Source: Octopus sinensis (Eukaryota). Taken from it: a stretch of 64,000 bases of DNA. Of the stretch, positions 11,573 to 26,877 are shown piece after piece (position 1 is the first letter of the stretch; each line of letters opens with the position of its first letter). The stretch is from the NCBI RefSeq assembly GCF_006345805.1, contig NC_043005.1, positions 3,100,001 to 3,164,000 of the forward strand, read 5' to 3'. A model generated the notes under the pieces. It worked only from the letters and a program-made list of their open reading frames with translations, did not search any database and was not told the DNA's origin. Both the position numbers and the translations under genes were made by a program.

Positions 11573-11689
11573 AAATGGTACTTGTTCATCAACCCCAATA
11601 CGATGAAAAGCAAAGTCGACCTTGACAAAATTTGAATTAGCGAAATGCTGCTAAGCATTTTGCCAGGCGTGCTAAGAATTCATCCAGTT

Positions 11690-12115
11690 CATCAGAAGGA
11701 AGCTCTATGAAAAAGAGACTTTCCCAACTGAATCCCCTGATCATGACCAGTTACTCAGCATTGATGACAGATCGGCTTGAACTCTGACCACCCAAATGGA
11801 AGCTGCTCAATTGAAAAGTGTTCCATCGAACGAAAATTATACATTGTGAACTCTGATAAAAGTACTTGAGTTTACGCATCCCTACAAAGATGCTTGCTTT
11901 GAACTTTTCAAACTGTTTCAAATTGCTGTAACATGGCCAATAAGCAATGAGGGCTATGAATGCAGCTTTTTCAAATTGCAGACGATCAAGACTTATGAAA
12001 TTCTGTCGTTGCACAACAGGTTGGACAGTTTAGTACGGTTGCTTTGAATGGATGACATCTCCAGACCATAAGACTTCCGCCTTCGTTTCGCGTCAGAACA
12101 CCAAAGACTCAGTCG
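11690..12115 (+). mobile_element. hAT transposase relic, C-terminal dimerisation domain
   Basis: Translates KVLEFTHPYKDACFELFKLFQIAVTWPISNEGYECSFFKLQTIKTY, resembling hAT IAVT.PVS.A.CERSFS.LK.IKTY; stops and frameshifts nearby. Confidence 0.75.
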
Positions 12116-12171
12116 TTTGTGGGATCGAATTCCTTAAAGACATTGTCGGCTTCCATGTCTTTTTTAGTTAA

Positions 12172-12525
12172 TTTATTTTTCACTTGTTTCAGTCTTCGGC
12201 CATGCTGGAGTACTGCCTCTGAAGAATTTTTAGTCGAATGATTCGACCCTAGTACTTTGTACTTATTCTATCGGTCTCTTTTTCCAAGCCGTTAAGTTAC
12301 GCGGACGTAAACACACCAACACCGGTCGTCAACTGTGGTGATGGTGGTGTCAACGCCCCCCCCACATATGTCGTTACAGTTTCTGTCTACCAAATCCACT
12401 CTCAAGTCTTCGATCGGCACGAGGCTATAGCAGAATACATTTGCTCAAGTTATCACGCAGTGGGACTGAACCCGGAGCCATGTGGTTGGGAAGCAAACTT
12501 CCTACCACACAGCCACGCCTGCGCC
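12172..12525 (-). mobile_element. SINE family B, degraded
   Basis: Reverse complement of the family B head (GGCGCAGGCGTGGCTGTGTGG...GGTTCAGTCCC) and 3' part. Confidence 0.85.
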
Positions 12526-13068
12526 TATTCTAATGTTGTAATCATATTTAGAGGAGGTGAGTTTGAATTTACTCTATGTCATTATTCATTTAAAACTTCA
12601 GCCGTCCTCATAGTTTTCTGGTTGAATCTTGTCCGGGTTGCAGTTGGGTACAATATTAAAAAGACGGATACCGAAGAAGATATTGGCGTAAGTAAACCAC
12701 ATCGAGAAAGAGTTCTAAATTATATTAAACAGGAAGAAATGGATAACAAATACAATTGTTTATGGAAGTAAAATTAACCAAAAGTATTGAAAAAAGAATG
12801 GTAAAGTCTACGAGCAGAAACCTCAGTATGGCTGGAAATAAACCCCTCAGCTATTAAAAACAGAACCAACCAATGATTATAGAGAAGTAACAATATTACT
12901 TCCGGTAACGAATTCATTGACCGGAAGTTGAAGAATTATTGCTTAATGAAGTAATAAGAACAAGAACAGCAAGACAAGCTGGAATAAAAATAATTATTCC
13001 CAAATATAATTAATTACACTGATCCAATCAAGATGTTAATAAGGGTAATGTTTTGGCATTGGAAATGT

Positions 13069-13252
13069 CGGCAAGCTGGCAGCATCGTTAGTGCGCCGGG
13101 CTTGACGTTCTGAGTTCAAATTCCGCCGAGAGCGACTTTGCCTTTCATCCTTTCGAGGCCGATGAATTAAGTATCAGTTATGTACTGGGGTCGGTGTAAT
13201 CGACTTACCCGTTCCCCGAAATTGCTGGCCTTGCGTTAAAATTTGAAAGTAT
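13069..13252 (+). mobile_element. SINE family A, short tail
   Basis: B box GAGTTCAAATTCC, family core and GCTGGCCTTG tail. Confidence 0.85.
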
Positions 13253-13451
13253 TATTGATTCAATATTTTGGTATTGAATCAATATTTCTGCTGGAACAAA
13301 TAACGAAGAAGAGTGATCAAAGGAAAAAGAGAGCCTCGACATGTTCACTCGACCTGCTGAAAATAGCAAGCAAATATCGTTCAAAGCACTATTCAGATGT
13401 CTTGAATGAGGATACAAGGGACAGCGTTAACTTTGATATACAGAAAGAAGG

Positions 13452-13452
13452 A

Positions 13453-13500
<48 letters not shown>

Positions 13501-13533
13501 TCTGCTGCTTCTTCTACTACTACTACTACTACT

Positions 13534-13594
<61 letters not shown>

Positions 13595-13610
13595 GATGTT
13601 GCTGCTGCGG

Positions 13611-13658
<48 letters not shown>

Positions 13659-13659
13659 T

Positions 13660-13720
<61 letters not shown>
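13452..13720. repeat. Compound (CTA)n/(CTG)n tract
   Basis: Direct reading; source of the poly-T/L/V ORFs. Confidence 0.95.
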
Positions 13721-13722
<2 letters not shown>

Positions 13723-14067
13723 ATTTGCTTTCAAAATAGCGAAAGTGAATTGCAGCGACAAAAGAACGCGTTGACCCCCCCACACCGCCACAGTGGCAAA
13801 CTTTTAGTCCTTTATCTATGGAGCGGGGATGGGGGTCGGCTCTAATTCTATTCAGAAACTGTAGTTGTACATGTTTCTGTCACACTACAGCAAAGTACTG
13901 TGCCTTCAATTTTATACGGATCATCATTTCAAATATTCTGAACCGTGATTATTTACAAATTCATGTCCATTTAGAGAGTTGATTTTATAGAGTATAATGA
14001 GGTAGGAAATGTAAGGCCAAAATATCCTTAATTCTTCAACTGACCGATGGTGATACTAATATATTGT

Positions 14068-14492
14068 ACCCTCCATACCCTCCATCAGACACCTATCATA
14101 CTCTGAGCGCCTTGTTTCCCTGGGCATGGATTCACTGAAGCTCCGGCGTCTGGCGATGGACTTGGTAAACACCCACAAAGTTATCAACCACCTCACCAAC
14201 AACAACACTGAACACCTTTTTGATCTCCATGTGTCTAACACACGTGGACATGCCTACAAAGTCAGAAAACAACACAGCTCCCATGACTTTCGGAAACATT
14301 TTTTCACGCTCAGAGTTGCTGAAGCATGGAGCAAACTGCCTGCGTCAGTTGTTGACTGCCATGACATTGCATCCTTTAAGGCCCTCATGCTTTCCGAAAT
14401 CCGCCGAAACTACACCTGATTATATATACACTTTAGATGAGTTGTAGTGCACCTGAGCACTGTACACAATGTTTTTATTATTATTATTATTA
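14068..14492 (+). mobile_element. CR1-group LINE 3' fragment with (TTA)n tail
   Basis: ORF 14126-14419: SLKLRRL..DL...HK, TRGHAYK, RKHFFTLRVAEAWSKLP..VV....IASFK, typical CR1/L2-group C-terminus. Confidence 0.88.
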
Positions 14493-16092
14493 TTTAGTAT
14501 GATCATGCTGAGAGAATGAAGACGAATGTCGCTTTATGTACCATCAAAAGTAGTCAGCACACGAACCTTTTAATTGATGTGAACTGTATAGTTTAATATA
14601 GATCTAACCTATTGAATGTAGGAAGTCAAAATGTAACGAGAAGGGAAATCATTAGTGTCAATGACAATTCTTGTGAAGGAAGGCAAGGAAGAGAACTTCG
14701 AAATTTAAATTGATTAAACTTGAGAGATATTTAGTGGAGAGGTGAGTTTGATGTTTGCTAGGTACGGCGAAAACTCACCATGTTTCGGCCTTGTTACACG
14801 TCGTCAGTTAATACTAATCTAACATCTGTTTACAGGACCTCTGTATCACTTTTAGTGGATAGAGCTCGTGTTTACATAATGTGATGTAGCGTATAAGTCC
14901 CTGCTTGGAATCTGAAGTAACAGTACTGGTTCATGGAGAAAGGGTTCAGCAGTGCGACAGTAAACCGCGACAAGAATAATACGACATAATCATGTTCTCG
15001 TGAATATAATTCTATAACCATCTGATTGGTTACAGACAGAAATAACGTTACACTTTATGTTCCTTGTATCGATACTTTCTTTGTCGATGCTCACAATTGG
15101 TTATTCCATTGCAACCTTTTGTATTAACGTCTAGATAGACCATGTCTACAAATCCCAGTCCCCCCCCAACACACGCTAAACCTAAATCTAACCCCACCAC
15201 ACTTCTTACATTTATATTCTTTTTACCATGAAGGATTTTACTCGTTTTTGCACAGCTTATGTCGATCTGACCCACATCTCGGTTGACATATTCAGCTGAT
15301 AACCGTCTTAAAGGGATCACCATCAATAACTACCAACATTTACACCAGACACATTTCCTAGTTGTATTGTTAATGGTATTTTGGAAAAATATTCTGTATT
15401 CTAACGATGACTGTGGTTCGATAAACCAGAATCACCGTTCTCCAACAACTCGCGACTAAATGCTGTTCACAGCAATGTTAAAACTGGCTTCAAGCATGTC
15501 GATTCCGGGAGGCAGAGGTCGCTGTAATGATGATGATGATCATCACGAGAATGGAGAAGAAGGAGAAGGGGACAAAGGTGATAGGACGACGTTTGAATTG
15601 GTGAGGACAGAGAAACTAATGAGGGCAAGAGGTGGATCAACTTAATGCTCATAGCCTTTATTACCTCCCTTGTTTTCCCGCTTTTTTAATTGATTCCTTG
15701 TTTTCTTTTCTGGTAGGACAGAACCGACAGAAGGACAGACAAAAATACCTTTCCGTATTTAATCAAATCCCTCTTCAAGTCCTGATCCTGCCCGGGTATA
15801 GGGGAAGAGGTTGACTCCATCCTTTCTAGATAAACTAACAACCCAGGCCAGTTTTATTGTCTATATAACCGACAACATTCCGTCGACGAAAAACCTCTGC
15901 TTTTCTGATGACATTCAAAATCTTTCTTTCTTTCTTTTTATTTTTCTCATTCACTCGTTCACACCTTTATCGTTGCATTTCTTTCATCTTTCCTTATCTC
16001 TTTCATTTCTTTCATTCATACAATCTCTTTTTACTTTTCTTCTCTCTATTTTCTTATTTTACTTTCTTTCTCATTTTGTTTCTTTCATAAAG

Positions 16093-16141
<49 letters not shown>

Positions 16142-16499
16142 TTTTTCTTCTTTCTTTCCTTCTTTATTTTCATTCCGCCAATCCAAACCTTCCTGTCCCG
16201 TCTCCTACAAGAGCAGCTAGTCATTATTCCCCGTCCCCTAGCACCTTAACAACACCCCTCCACCCATTCAATCCACCCTTACTACACCCCATCACCTTCA
16301 CCTCCACCGCCTCCTCCGCCGCCTCCACCACCTCCACCGCCCTCACCACCCTTACCACTTCCACTCCACCCCTGCCACTGCCTCCACCGCCAGATTCACT
16401 CTGCATCTATTATATAACCATTGTTTCTGTAACTTCATCTTCTGCTATTTATAGCAGCTACAGTCTCCCCCCTCCCTACTACTACACACATATGTTTAT

Positions 16500-16885
16500 A
16501 TACATACACACACAATACATACATACACACATACATACATACATACACACACATACATACATACACACACATACATACATACATACATACATACATACAT
16601 ACATACATACATACACACACATACATACATACATACATACATACGTACACACACATACATACATACATACATACATACATACATACATACATACACACAC
16701 ATACATACATACATACACACACATACATACATACACACACATACATACATACATACATACATACATACATACATACATACATACACACACATACATACAT
16801 ACATACATACATACATACATACATACATACACACACATACATACATACATACACACACATACATACATACACACACATACATACA

Positions 16886-16917
<32 letters not shown>

Positions 16918-17015
16918 CACACACATACATACACACACACATACATACATACATACATACATACATACATACATACATACGTACGTACGTACGTACATAC
17001 ATACATACATACATA
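16500..17015. repeat. (CATA)n/(CA)n microsatellite
   Basis: Direct reading. Confidence 0.97.
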
Positions 17016-17476
17016 TGAGGTTATTGCTCAGATGATATTAAATATGTATGTATGTATCTATCTCTCTCTCTTTCTCTCTCTCTATATATATGTATATATA
17101 TATATGTATGCATATTTTATATTTATATATGTGTATATATATATATTATATATATATATATATGTATGTGTGTATATATATCTATATGTATGTATGTATG
17201 TATCTATATGCACATATATGCATATGTCTCTATACATATGTATGTATTTATATGTATGTATATTTATGTATATATGTATGTCTATACACACACACACATG
17301 ATATATATGCATATACACATACACTCATGCCCAAACACCTGTATACGCATAGGGCACACACAATTTCGTGCTCTCCCTCACCCTGTCTCTCTCTCTCTCT
17401 TTCTCCCTTTGGTTTCTTTCCCTCTATTTCTCACTCTGTAGACCTTTATATACACCTTTCAGATCTCTCTTGCTCC

Positions 17477-17521
<45 letters not shown>

Positions 17522-18041
17522 AACACACACACACACACACACACACAACAAACACACACACATGTATAAATGTATAGATACATAGAAAGCACACACCTCA
17601 CTCTCTCTTCTCTCTCTCTCTCTCTATTTATCTATCTATCTATCTCATCTCTTTCGCATTCTCCTCTCCCTCTCTCCCTCTCATCGTCTCCTTTCATTCC
17701 TCTCATCTGGCTATTTTTCGGTCTTCTGCCTCCTCCTCCCCACCAGTTCCCCTTTTCCTTCTTAACCCCCCCACCCAACCTGCCGTCAGAATATCCTCTC
17801 ACTCTTCTCTTCCGCGTCTCACATTCTCTGTTTCTCTTCTGCCTCATCTCATCCCTTCCGCCCTCCCCTCCTCTCCTCCTCTCTCGCCCACTCTCCTTGT
17901 CTTTCTCCCTCGCTCTCTTTCACACACACACACCCTGTCTCTCTTATTCTAATTTTAAGCTACATTCTATTTAATATTAACAATGGTGATTTCATCAGTA
18001 AAAAAAAATGGAAGTATTTTTAACATTCAATGCAAACACAC

Positions 18042-18420
<379 letters not shown>

Positions 18421-18842
18421 ATGTGTGTGCATGTATAAGAAGTTCTTTCTTGCTCCTAGCTTTAGAAAATGGACAATAATGATAACAGAGATAATCGGTG
18501 CAGCAAGTAATCAACCTTAGTGTTAAATGTACGGAAAAGAAACCGCCACCTCCCGCCCTCGTGCGAGGGGTGGGTAGAATAGAAATTTAAAAACGAAGAA
18601 CTTTACAAGTGTAAATATACATGAAAGAATGTGGTTGATTCCAGTGAAATATCTAATTTATAATCAGAATAATAAGTTCCAAGTTATTCAGATAAATGTT
18701 ATTCATATATAATTATATCTCTCTCAAAATGTAATAATTGTAAATAAATTAAGGTGTTTTTCAGATGAACAATGTACACACATCTATAAATTAAAGTAAC
18801 GTCCCAGTATATATATATATAGACACACATATATATAAGCAT

Positions 18843-20366
<1,524 letters not shown>

Positions 20367-20460
20367 CTTATCTATCTATCTATCTATGTCTATATATATA
20401 TATATATATATACATGTCTATATGTATGTATTTATGTATATATATATTATATATATATAA

Positions 20461-20507
<47 letters not shown>

Positions 20508-20759
20508 TTCATGCATACAAACACATTGTGACATCACTTAGTTGAAAGACATAAGTATTCTGATGTTTAAAAGTTAATTAGTTTCCGTTTAATTAATTAA
20601 TTATTAACGATGCAAAATATATTCGGATAAAAAGTTAACTCTTCAATTTTTGAAATAATCTCACATTAAATATGAAAAATTTAATTAGCATAATACAATT
20701 AATCACCATATTAATTAAGCAACAAATATGAACGTCATCTGGTTTATCCTTTATTTCTT

Positions 20760-20960
20760 TATTTATTTCAGTCTATAGACTGCGGCCATGCTGGGGCACC
20801 GCCTTGAGGAACTTTTTGCTTTAGAGCTTACTATATTTTTGTAAAGATACTTATTCCATCGATTTGCTTTTGCTGAACCGCTAAGTTACTGGGCCGTAAA
20901 CACACCGACACCGGTTGTCAAGCGGTGGGCGGGGGGACAAATATAGACACAAAGGCACAC
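20760..20960 (-). mobile_element. SINE family B, 3' half
   Basis: TTTCAGTC...GACTGCGGCCATGCTGGGGCACCGCC...GTAAACACACC matches the family B 3' part. Confidence 0.8.
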
Positions 20961-20965
20961 ACACA

Positions 20966-21006
<41 letters not shown>

Positions 21007-21256
21007 ATTATATAAATATTTATAACTAGGGATTGACTATAAGCCACGCTAGAAGTAGACACCAAAGTTGTTAAAGTTTTTAAAGTAGTATTAGCCTCTT
21101 TTGGTGTCTATTTCTAGCGCGTGGAAAAGCTTATGTATATAATCATTATAATATTTGTAAAATTCACCTCTAAGGTTTTTGTTACTACGCTGACCCCTTG
21201 CTAAAATCATTAATGATTTTTTCCCTTTATTATTATTATTCTTATATATATATTAT

Positions 21257-21303
<47 letters not shown>

Positions 21304-21307
21304 TATA

Positions 21308-21352
<45 letters not shown>

Positions 21353-22209
21353 ATATAATATATATATACATATATATATATATATACATGGGGTTGCTTC
21401 TTTCAGTTTCCGTTTACCAAATCCACTCAAGGGGATGCGCCGTGGAATTGAACTCAAAACCATGTGGTTTGGAAGCAAACTACTTCAGAGCCACCCATTT
21501 TAAAGTACATTTTAGACAATCATCCAACATTAATATTCGATGCTTAATACAAAGTGTTTAAAACTATTTCGTTTAACATCTGCTGAGATGAATAAATGTG
21601 AAAACTTAACTTAAACATCAAGAATTACCGAACTTTATTAAGTTTTAAGGATTTTGGACAATTTAGAATTGCCATCATTGAAGATGCCCACAGAATGTGG
21701 TAGGCAAAGCTGCCGGAAACTGGCTGCTCAGTGACTGCTGCAAAACATTCTGTGAGCATCTTCAATGGTGTTGCTGGCAATTCTAAATACCTCAACCAGG
21801 GCAGCTCTGAAAAGTTAATGAACGGGATGGAGCGGTATGTCGGCTGTTTATTGACGAAGGAAACGAAGACGACGTCTGTTGAGATTCGGAACAACAGAAA
21901 TACCACTTTACGTCCTTGTAAGTTTGTGATGCGGCAAAAGACACCGATAAAATAAGTACCAAGCTTTACAATAAGAAGAGAAAGTACTGGGGTCGATTCA
22001 TTTGACTAATATTCTTCAAGGCAGTGCTCCAGCATGGCCAAAGTCTAAGGAGTAAAAAAAAATAAAAGATTAAAGTAGTTTGGTTTTCTGGGACATGTTG
22101 CGCGTAAAACAAAAAAGTGTATATTTTCCTGAAAAAACCGACATTCTCTCATTCAGTTGGACCAGAGACACAAAAATTTGGGCGTCGTTCGATTGCTTAA
22201 ATATCTTAA

Positions 22210-22640
22210 GGTCGGATGTGTTGAAATGGAATTTGTTTAGCTCTGACGGCTGAATGTACAACCGATGTGGAATACAAGAGGAATTTTGTCCATTAATGAT
22301 GTTGGCAGCAAATGTTCTGGTTAAGAAAAGGGAACGGGAGTCATTCTATACCTCCGATGAAGAACATCATGGATTCTGCAGCTTATTTGGAGATTTTGGA
22401 GAAGAGAAAGATTCCATATACCAAGAGTCATTTAGGTAGGTCTTGGATTTTTCAGCATGACAACGATGGCAAGAATATCGCAACGGAAACTAAGGAATTC
22501 ACGTAAAGGAAAGCAATCTGGCCGACGTCAGCGAATTGGAATTCGAATAGAATTCTTCTGGAAAAGAAGATGACACAAATATGGCACAATGGAGGTTCAT
22601 GAACATGACTGAATTCTACAATTGCACAGCCCCAAACACT
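22210..22640 (+). mobile_element. Tc1-like transposase relic
   Basis: MDSAAYLEILEK..IP....LGRSWIFQHDND (cf. FQHDNDPKH) and a downstream WP..S..N.IE remnant. Confidence 0.65.
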
Positions 22641-22737
22641 AGGAAGGTCTTCGAGATAATTTGGTCATCAAGAATAAAGATTCAATGTCATTTCAAGTAA
22701 AGGCGCTATTTGAAGAAAATTCCGGTTTTCAAACAAA

Positions 22738-22954
22738 TATTGGTTTCAAATTTTGGCACAAGGCCAGCAATTTCGGAGGAAGCGGTAAGTCGTTTACATC
22801 GACCTCAGTACGCAACTGGTACTTAATCTATCGACCGCGAAATAATGAAAGGCAAAGTCGACCTCGGCGGAATTTGAACTCGGGACGTAAAGACGGACGA
22901 AATACTGCTAAGCATTTCATCCGGTGTGCTAACGATTCTGCCGACTCGCTGCCT
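22738..22954 (-). mobile_element. SINE family A, short tail
   Basis: Reverse complement of the family A head, core and short tail. Confidence 0.88.
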
Positions 22955-23229
22955 TTTTAATGTCACATGGAATTTATTCTTGGAGTATTTGATGAACAAA
23001 TTGTATCTTTTTCCAAAAATGTTCTTTAAATGTTCTGAAATTAAGTGACTTTCATTTGAATATTGTCCATAATTACATGAGACTAATTATAAATCTGTCT
23101 GTTTTAATTGACGCCATTTGAAATAGTTTAACTTTCTCTTTCTATTCCGATAAATATTTTAAATCGTAATTAAATAAACGGAAATGTTTATCTTTTATTA
23201 ATTGTTTGTAAAATAAATGAAGCAACTGT

Positions 23230-23275
<46 letters not shown>

Positions 23276-23654
23276 TAGCTCTATCTTTTTCTCTCTCTCC
23301 CTATATATGTATATATGTATGCATGTATGTATGTATGCATGTATGTATGTATGTATGTATGTATGTATGTATGTATGTATGTATGTATGTATGTGTGTGT
23401 ATGTGTGTATGTACACACGCATTGTCTAGTTGGAAATTCAAATGAAGAGTATCTTTCGTAATAGCAAAAATAGTATCATCATCATCATCATCATCATCAA
23501 CAACAACCACAGCAAATACGAAATAATCCCTGAGATACTATGACAATAACACAACCAGCAACAACAAACACAACACTAACCAAGGAGGTCAGTCGGTCTT
23601 CCAGAAGTAGAAACCACATTTTCCTTAAATCCATCTGATGATGAATAATATACA

Positions 23655-23886
23655 TATTTCTTTGTTGCCCACAGGGAGCTAAACATATAGGGGACAAACA
23701 AGGACAGACAAAGGGATTAAGTCGATTACATCGTCCCCAGTGCGTAACTGGTACTTATTAAATCGATCCCGAAAGGATGAAAGGCAAAATCAACCTTGGT
23801 AGAATTTGAACTCGGAACTTAGCTGCAGACTAAATACTGCTAAGCATTTCGGCCGGCGTGCTAACGATTCTGCCAGCCCGGCGCCC
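23655..23886 (-). mobile_element. SINE family A, long tail
   Basis: Reverse complement of the copy at 5312-5541. Confidence 0.9.
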
Positions 23887-24356
23887 TATGACGAATAATA
23901 TATTGAATAATGGATTATTAGATATATGCCTGAATATAACATGGTGTGGTAAAAGCTGGAACAATTTTGATCATATTTCTGCATAATCACAGCTGACATG
24001 GGGCTTTTTTGGTTCTCTTGGCAAAAACATGGATTCAGGTTCGTTTCGCTTCCAGGGCATTTTGGAGAAATTTCTTCCACTACAGAAACCCGTTGTGTTT
24101 CTGTGTTGCCCTCAGCCAACTATTTGAAAACTAGTCTTGGTTTTATTACGTCCCTTTAAGTTAGCGGTTCGACAAAATAAAAAGAAAATAGAATAAGTAG
24201 CGGGTTTGATTTGTTCGACTAAACACTTCGAAGTAATAATACAATAAAAGAATACATACATACGTACACGCATACATACATATATTTATGCATACATACA
24301 TACATACATACATACATACATACATACATACATACATACATACATACATACATACA

Positions 24357-24910
24357 TGGTGGCTGCCCCCTCGTTATCGAGTATGGCCATTGCACGAAGC
24401 TTAATCAATGTTGTTAACGTGCAATGCCTGTGCAAAAAGATTTTTTTTTAAAGTGAGGAAAGGCTGTGCACTGAGTCAATCCCACTCACTAAGCAACAGC
24501 AACCGTAATCCGAAAAGAAGAACAAGTCAACATCATCGGTAACCACTGAGCCGCAGGTTTTATGTCGGAGTTATCCCAGTTACCTGAGTTACCTTCTCCT
24601 AGAAGGATGCCCTAACAAAGGCTAGGAGTCCTCCACTCCCAATGGTTTAACCGCGCGATCGGGTATTCAGTCCGATTATTTCTATGTCCCCGCGCATGAT
24701 ACAGCCTTAAGACATTTATTGGATGGCCGTTCACTCTCAAGAGTTCCTCCGCCCTTTGACGGGTTTTGTTTTTCATCCCGCGGTGTCCAATAAACACCCT
24801 CTTCACCAAGCAAGCTTGGTGGGGTTGCCGGTTTAGTCGCCGACGACCCGACCATGCAACAGGTTGTACTGGGTTACATGTTACCAGTAGCACTCGAAAG
24901 TGACCTGACA
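24357..24910 (-). mobile_element. Non-coding ~550-bp insert resembling an RTE-type 5' UTR, inside a (CATA)n tract
   Basis: GC-richer insert flanked on both sides by (CATA)n; minus-strand 5' end folds into several hairpins. RTE assignment is from recalled similarity only. Confidence 0.5.
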
Positions 24911-25069
24911 TACATACACACACACATACATACATACATACATACATACATACATACATACATACATACATACATACATACATACATACATGCATGCATA
25001 CCCACGAGGCATGATGCGGAGGCCAGAACGGTCTGAAACAGGATAAAAAAGAAAACACCTACAGACGAA

Positions 25070-25520
25070 ATTGACCAAACTGAGACCGATGAATGAAAAG
25101 AATATTAGTGGAACTTAAAAATCAGCCACGAAGTTGAAACACAATTGGTCAGATATTGTTGTGTGGAACTACAAGGAAGTGATAGGTTCTGTTGTGGAAA
25201 TCAGCTGCCCTCTGGACACCAAAGTGGCCAGAAAAATACAAAAGAAAGAGAACTTCTATGGACCATTGAAAAGGAGTAGTTTGCAAATCCAGTACTCAAG
25301 ATCCAGTTTTAGCTTCATGCATATTATGTTGGAGGGACAGGATTCAGTACAATTCATCTGGAGCAAAGAATGGCTGGACAGGAATTCTTGGGGAAGAGAA
25401 AGCAAATTCTTAATTCATACACTACAAATGATAACGACATCTGGGACTACAAAACTACAAGAACTTCTTACGGTTTGTTTAAAGATTACTGAACAAAACA
25501 AAATGCTTTCCTTCACGACC
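25070..25520 (+). mobile_element. RLE-encoding LINE fragment (R4/Dong/NeSL-type endonuclease domain)
   Basis: ORF KHNWSDIVVWN...VVEISCPLD..V..K..KKE.FYGPL, a degraded KHNRPDIV.....VE.SCP.D....K.EK...Y PD-(D/E)xK domain. Confidence 0.7.
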
Positions 25521-25585
25521 GTTACCAAGCAAGTGGCAGGTCCAAGTTTATTCTAAATTAAAAGGAGAAAGAAAAGAATTACATA

Positions 25586-25767
25586 GGCGCAGGAGTGGCT
25601 GTGTGGTAAGTAGCTTGCTTACCAACCACATGGTCCCGGCTTCAGTACCACTGCGTGGCACCATGGGCAAGTGTCTTCTACTATAGCCTCGAGCCGACCA
25701 AAGCCTTGTGCATGGATTTGGTAGACGGAAAATGGAAGAAGCCCGTCGTATATGTACATATATATAA

Positions 25768-25828
<61 letters not shown>

Positions 25829-26042
25829 CATGTTTGTGTGTCTGTTTGTCCCCCCAGCATCGCTTGACAAGCGATGCTGGTGTGTTTAGGACCCCGTAAC
25901 TTAGCAGTTCGGCAAAAGAGACCGATAGAATAAGAACTAGGTTTGCAAAGAATAAGCTCTGGGGTCGATTTGCTCGACTATAAAGGCGGTGCTCCAGCAT
26001 GGCCGCAGTCAAATGACTGAAACAAGTAAAAGAGTAAAAGAG
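25586..26042 (+). mobile_element. SINE family B, full length, with internal (TA)n(TG)n
   Basis: GGCGCAGGAGTGGCTGTGTGG head, central microsatellite, tail GTCAAATGACTGAAACAAGTAAAAGAGTAAAAG. Confidence 0.92.
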
Positions 26043-26399
26043 CATATATATATCTTTATATATATACATACATAGATACATATCTATATATAGGAAACTG
26101 TATATGGATGACTTGGTCGTATAGATGGACGAACGGATGTGTATAGAAGTATAGCCAGATGAACGGATGTATGTATGTGTGGCTGGAGAGAGGGAGGATT
26201 AGCTGTTATATCTGTGTCATGGTTGACATTATTGCTGACAATGCTACAGTGATATTGTTGTTGTTGTTGTCAACGTCATCCAAAACATTCCAGAAGTGTT
26301 TGCTAAAAGTACACGACAGAATGGCTCGCTTTGTAGGTTAACGCAGATTAAACACACGCACGCACACACACATACATACATGCATACATACAAACATAT

Positions 26400-26402
26400 C
26401 TG

Positions 26403-26457
<55 letters not shown>

Positions 26458-26474
26458 ATCTATCTATCTATCTA

Positions 26475-26557
<83 letters not shown>

Positions 26558-26578
26558 GTCTGTCTGTCTGTCTGTCTC

Positions 26579-26626
<48 letters not shown>

Positions 26627-26658
26627 TCTATCTGTCTGTCTGTCTGTCTGTCTGTCTC

Positions 26659-26717
<59 letters not shown>

Positions 26718-26768
26718 GTCTGTCTGTCTGTCTGTCTCTTTGTCTGTCTGTCTGTCTGTCTGTCTCTT

Positions 26769-26813
<45 letters not shown>

Positions 26814-26815
26814 CT
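26400..26815. repeat. Compound (TATC)n/(TGTC)n microsatellite with ~80-bp higher-order period
   Basis: Direct reading; a TCTCTT interruption recurs at about 26575, 26655, 26735 and 26763. Confidence 0.95.
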
Positions 26816-26829
26816 GTCGCTCTATATGC

Positions 26830-26877
<48 letters not shown>

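Noticed and set aside
15811-17301. 496-aa ORF and similar long HTYI/YVCM/YLSI/IYIY ORFs
   Set aside because: Stop-free frames through (CATA)n, (TATC)n, (TA)n and CT-rich tracts with no domain content.
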